Source: Azolla caroliniana
Lineage: Eukaryota; Plantae; Polypodiophyta
Reading direction: 5' to 3'
Assembly: GCA_043228905.1 (NCBI GenBank)
Contig: JBHGNT010000126.1
Location: 8,682 to 72,681 of the forward strand
DNA: 64,000 nucleotides
The position numbers and the translations under genes were made by a program. A model generated the notes under the pieces. The model was not told where the DNA came from. It was given only the letters and a program-made list of their open reading frames with translations, and made no database searches. Position 1 is the first letter of the stretch; each line of letters starts with the position of its first letter. Positions 62,696-64,000 of this stretch are shown here, piece after piece.

Positions 62696-64000
62696 ATGTC
62701 GATTGATCCGGCTCCTGGACATCATTCAGCGCTGGCCACTAATCTGCCCGGTATATAACACCTCCATGGCTCTGCTCATTTCACGAATACTTGATTGACT
62801 TCAATAACCCTCTCCTTCTTTCCTTTTTAGATGGGTTTGAAGTAAAGTTTTTCACATAATTAAACTTCAATTCATTACTTCCTTTTTGTTTGGTAAAACA
62901 AAACTAGATACTGAAATAAGTAGTTCCAAATTTTATACACTTCTTCTTCATCATCATCTTCTTCTTCTTCTTCGTTGTGAGGTTATATTAATAACAACGG
63001 ATGAATTGATGGTTTATTTCTATATGCAATAGATTTATTTTATTGTGGGTGTCAATGAGGATGAAACTGTAACTAATTAGCTTCTTCTTCTTTTTTGTAA
63101 AGCTGTTGGTGCAGGGGAGCATGGAGATGATGAAAGGGGATCATATATTTGTAAATCAGATGATGGTCTAGGAAGTACTAAGGATCATCCAATCTCTACT
63201 ACTGCATTAGCGATGGTGAATAATCCTGTGATGAAGCATAGTAGTGGTAGTATTTGTAACAGCAACAGATGGGGCATTATCAGTAATGATAATGATGCCC
63301 CACCTGGCCCCTTCAATGATTCTCGGCTGAATCTAAATCCCCACACAATTCATAAGCCATCATCAGGAGTCGTGGCAACAGACCATGATTGGCTGGAACA
63401 TAGTAACCCTAGATTCGATCAGACTACTACTACTACCACCACTACACCTAGGGTTAACCATCGCTCCCTGCCATCGGAAAATGACCATGAATCCGATCAT
63501 AACAACAACAATATGCGGAGGCCACAGGGTACTCGATATTCTCAACACCAACAAACTAGCAACCCTAGTCTCGGAGTTGAACTACCTGCATCGAATTCTT
63601 CCCCTTCCTCAAAGAAGAAGCACAAGCTGCACAAGAAGAAGGAGGAGGTGGAGGTGCAGGAGGAGGAGATGAACAGGGTGAGCAAAAGAAAGGAGAGGAA
63701 GATATTGGCCATGAAAGAGTACCTCCTGTTCTTCCATGATGCAATGGAGAGGCTTGTGGAGAAGCAAGAGGAGATGCAACAGAAGTTCCTGGAGGCTCTG
63801 GAGAGGAGGGATGAAGAAAGAGTGGTGAGGGAGGAGGCATTGAAGAGGCAAGAGATGGCGAGGTTGATCGTAGAACACGACATGAGGGTGCGGGAAATCG
63901 TCGTCTCGGCATCGCGAGACTCCTCATTGATCGAGTTCCTTCACAAAGCCGCGGCACATGAACAAGGCTTAATCAATCTCTCCAATGCAAATGTGTCATT
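62696..64000 (+). CDS. GT-2-clade trihelix transcription factor, 5' part (runs off window)
   Basis: Putative exon 62696-62750 (MSIDPAPGHHSALATNLP) splices in phase 1 to 63103 onward, which is open to the window end. It contains the GT-2 central coiled coil FFHDAMERLVEKQEEMQQKFLEALERRDEERVVREEALKRQEMARL...RDSSLIEFLHK. The first exon is less certain than the second. Confidence 0.85.

Noticed and set aside
63363-63957. Listed ORFs over the trihelix exon
   Set aside because: They are alternative-frame or antisense shadows. The true frame has no stop inside the window and so is absent from the ORF track.

Overview
AT-rich, intron-containing land-plant genomic DNA, most likely a fern or other non-seed plant (inferred from multiple PLS-PPR relics and the RFCKK variant in the MATH domain). 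Supported genes, all on the + strand: an atypical RALF peptide (18608-18847), a 4-exon 109-aa protein resembling SNAPC5/SNAP19 that the ORF track misses (24155-25441), a UBA2-like double-RRM protein (32892-35112), a 12-exon TRAF1a/b (MUSE13/14)-like MATH protein (39006-48644), the 5' part of a GT-2-type trihelix factor running off the window (62696-64000) and two exons of a bHLH-type ACT-like domain (14366-15078). A tRNA-Glu(UUC) lies on the - strand. The rest is mostly transposons: a young internally deleted Ty1/copia element with ATTAC TSD, a non-coding LTR element with a tRNA-Ala PBS, a Mutator-type MITE with a 9-bp TSD, a probable Helitron, LINE/gypsy/copia/hAT remnants, three PPR pseudogene fragments and several tandem duplications. 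The most notable observations are the SNAPC5-like gene, a ~400-bp foldback with a perfect 21-bp core upstream of the MATH gene, and a six-copy array that appears to derive from a LINE RT segment. No novel multi-gene system is evident. All calls were made by eye; no database searches were run.
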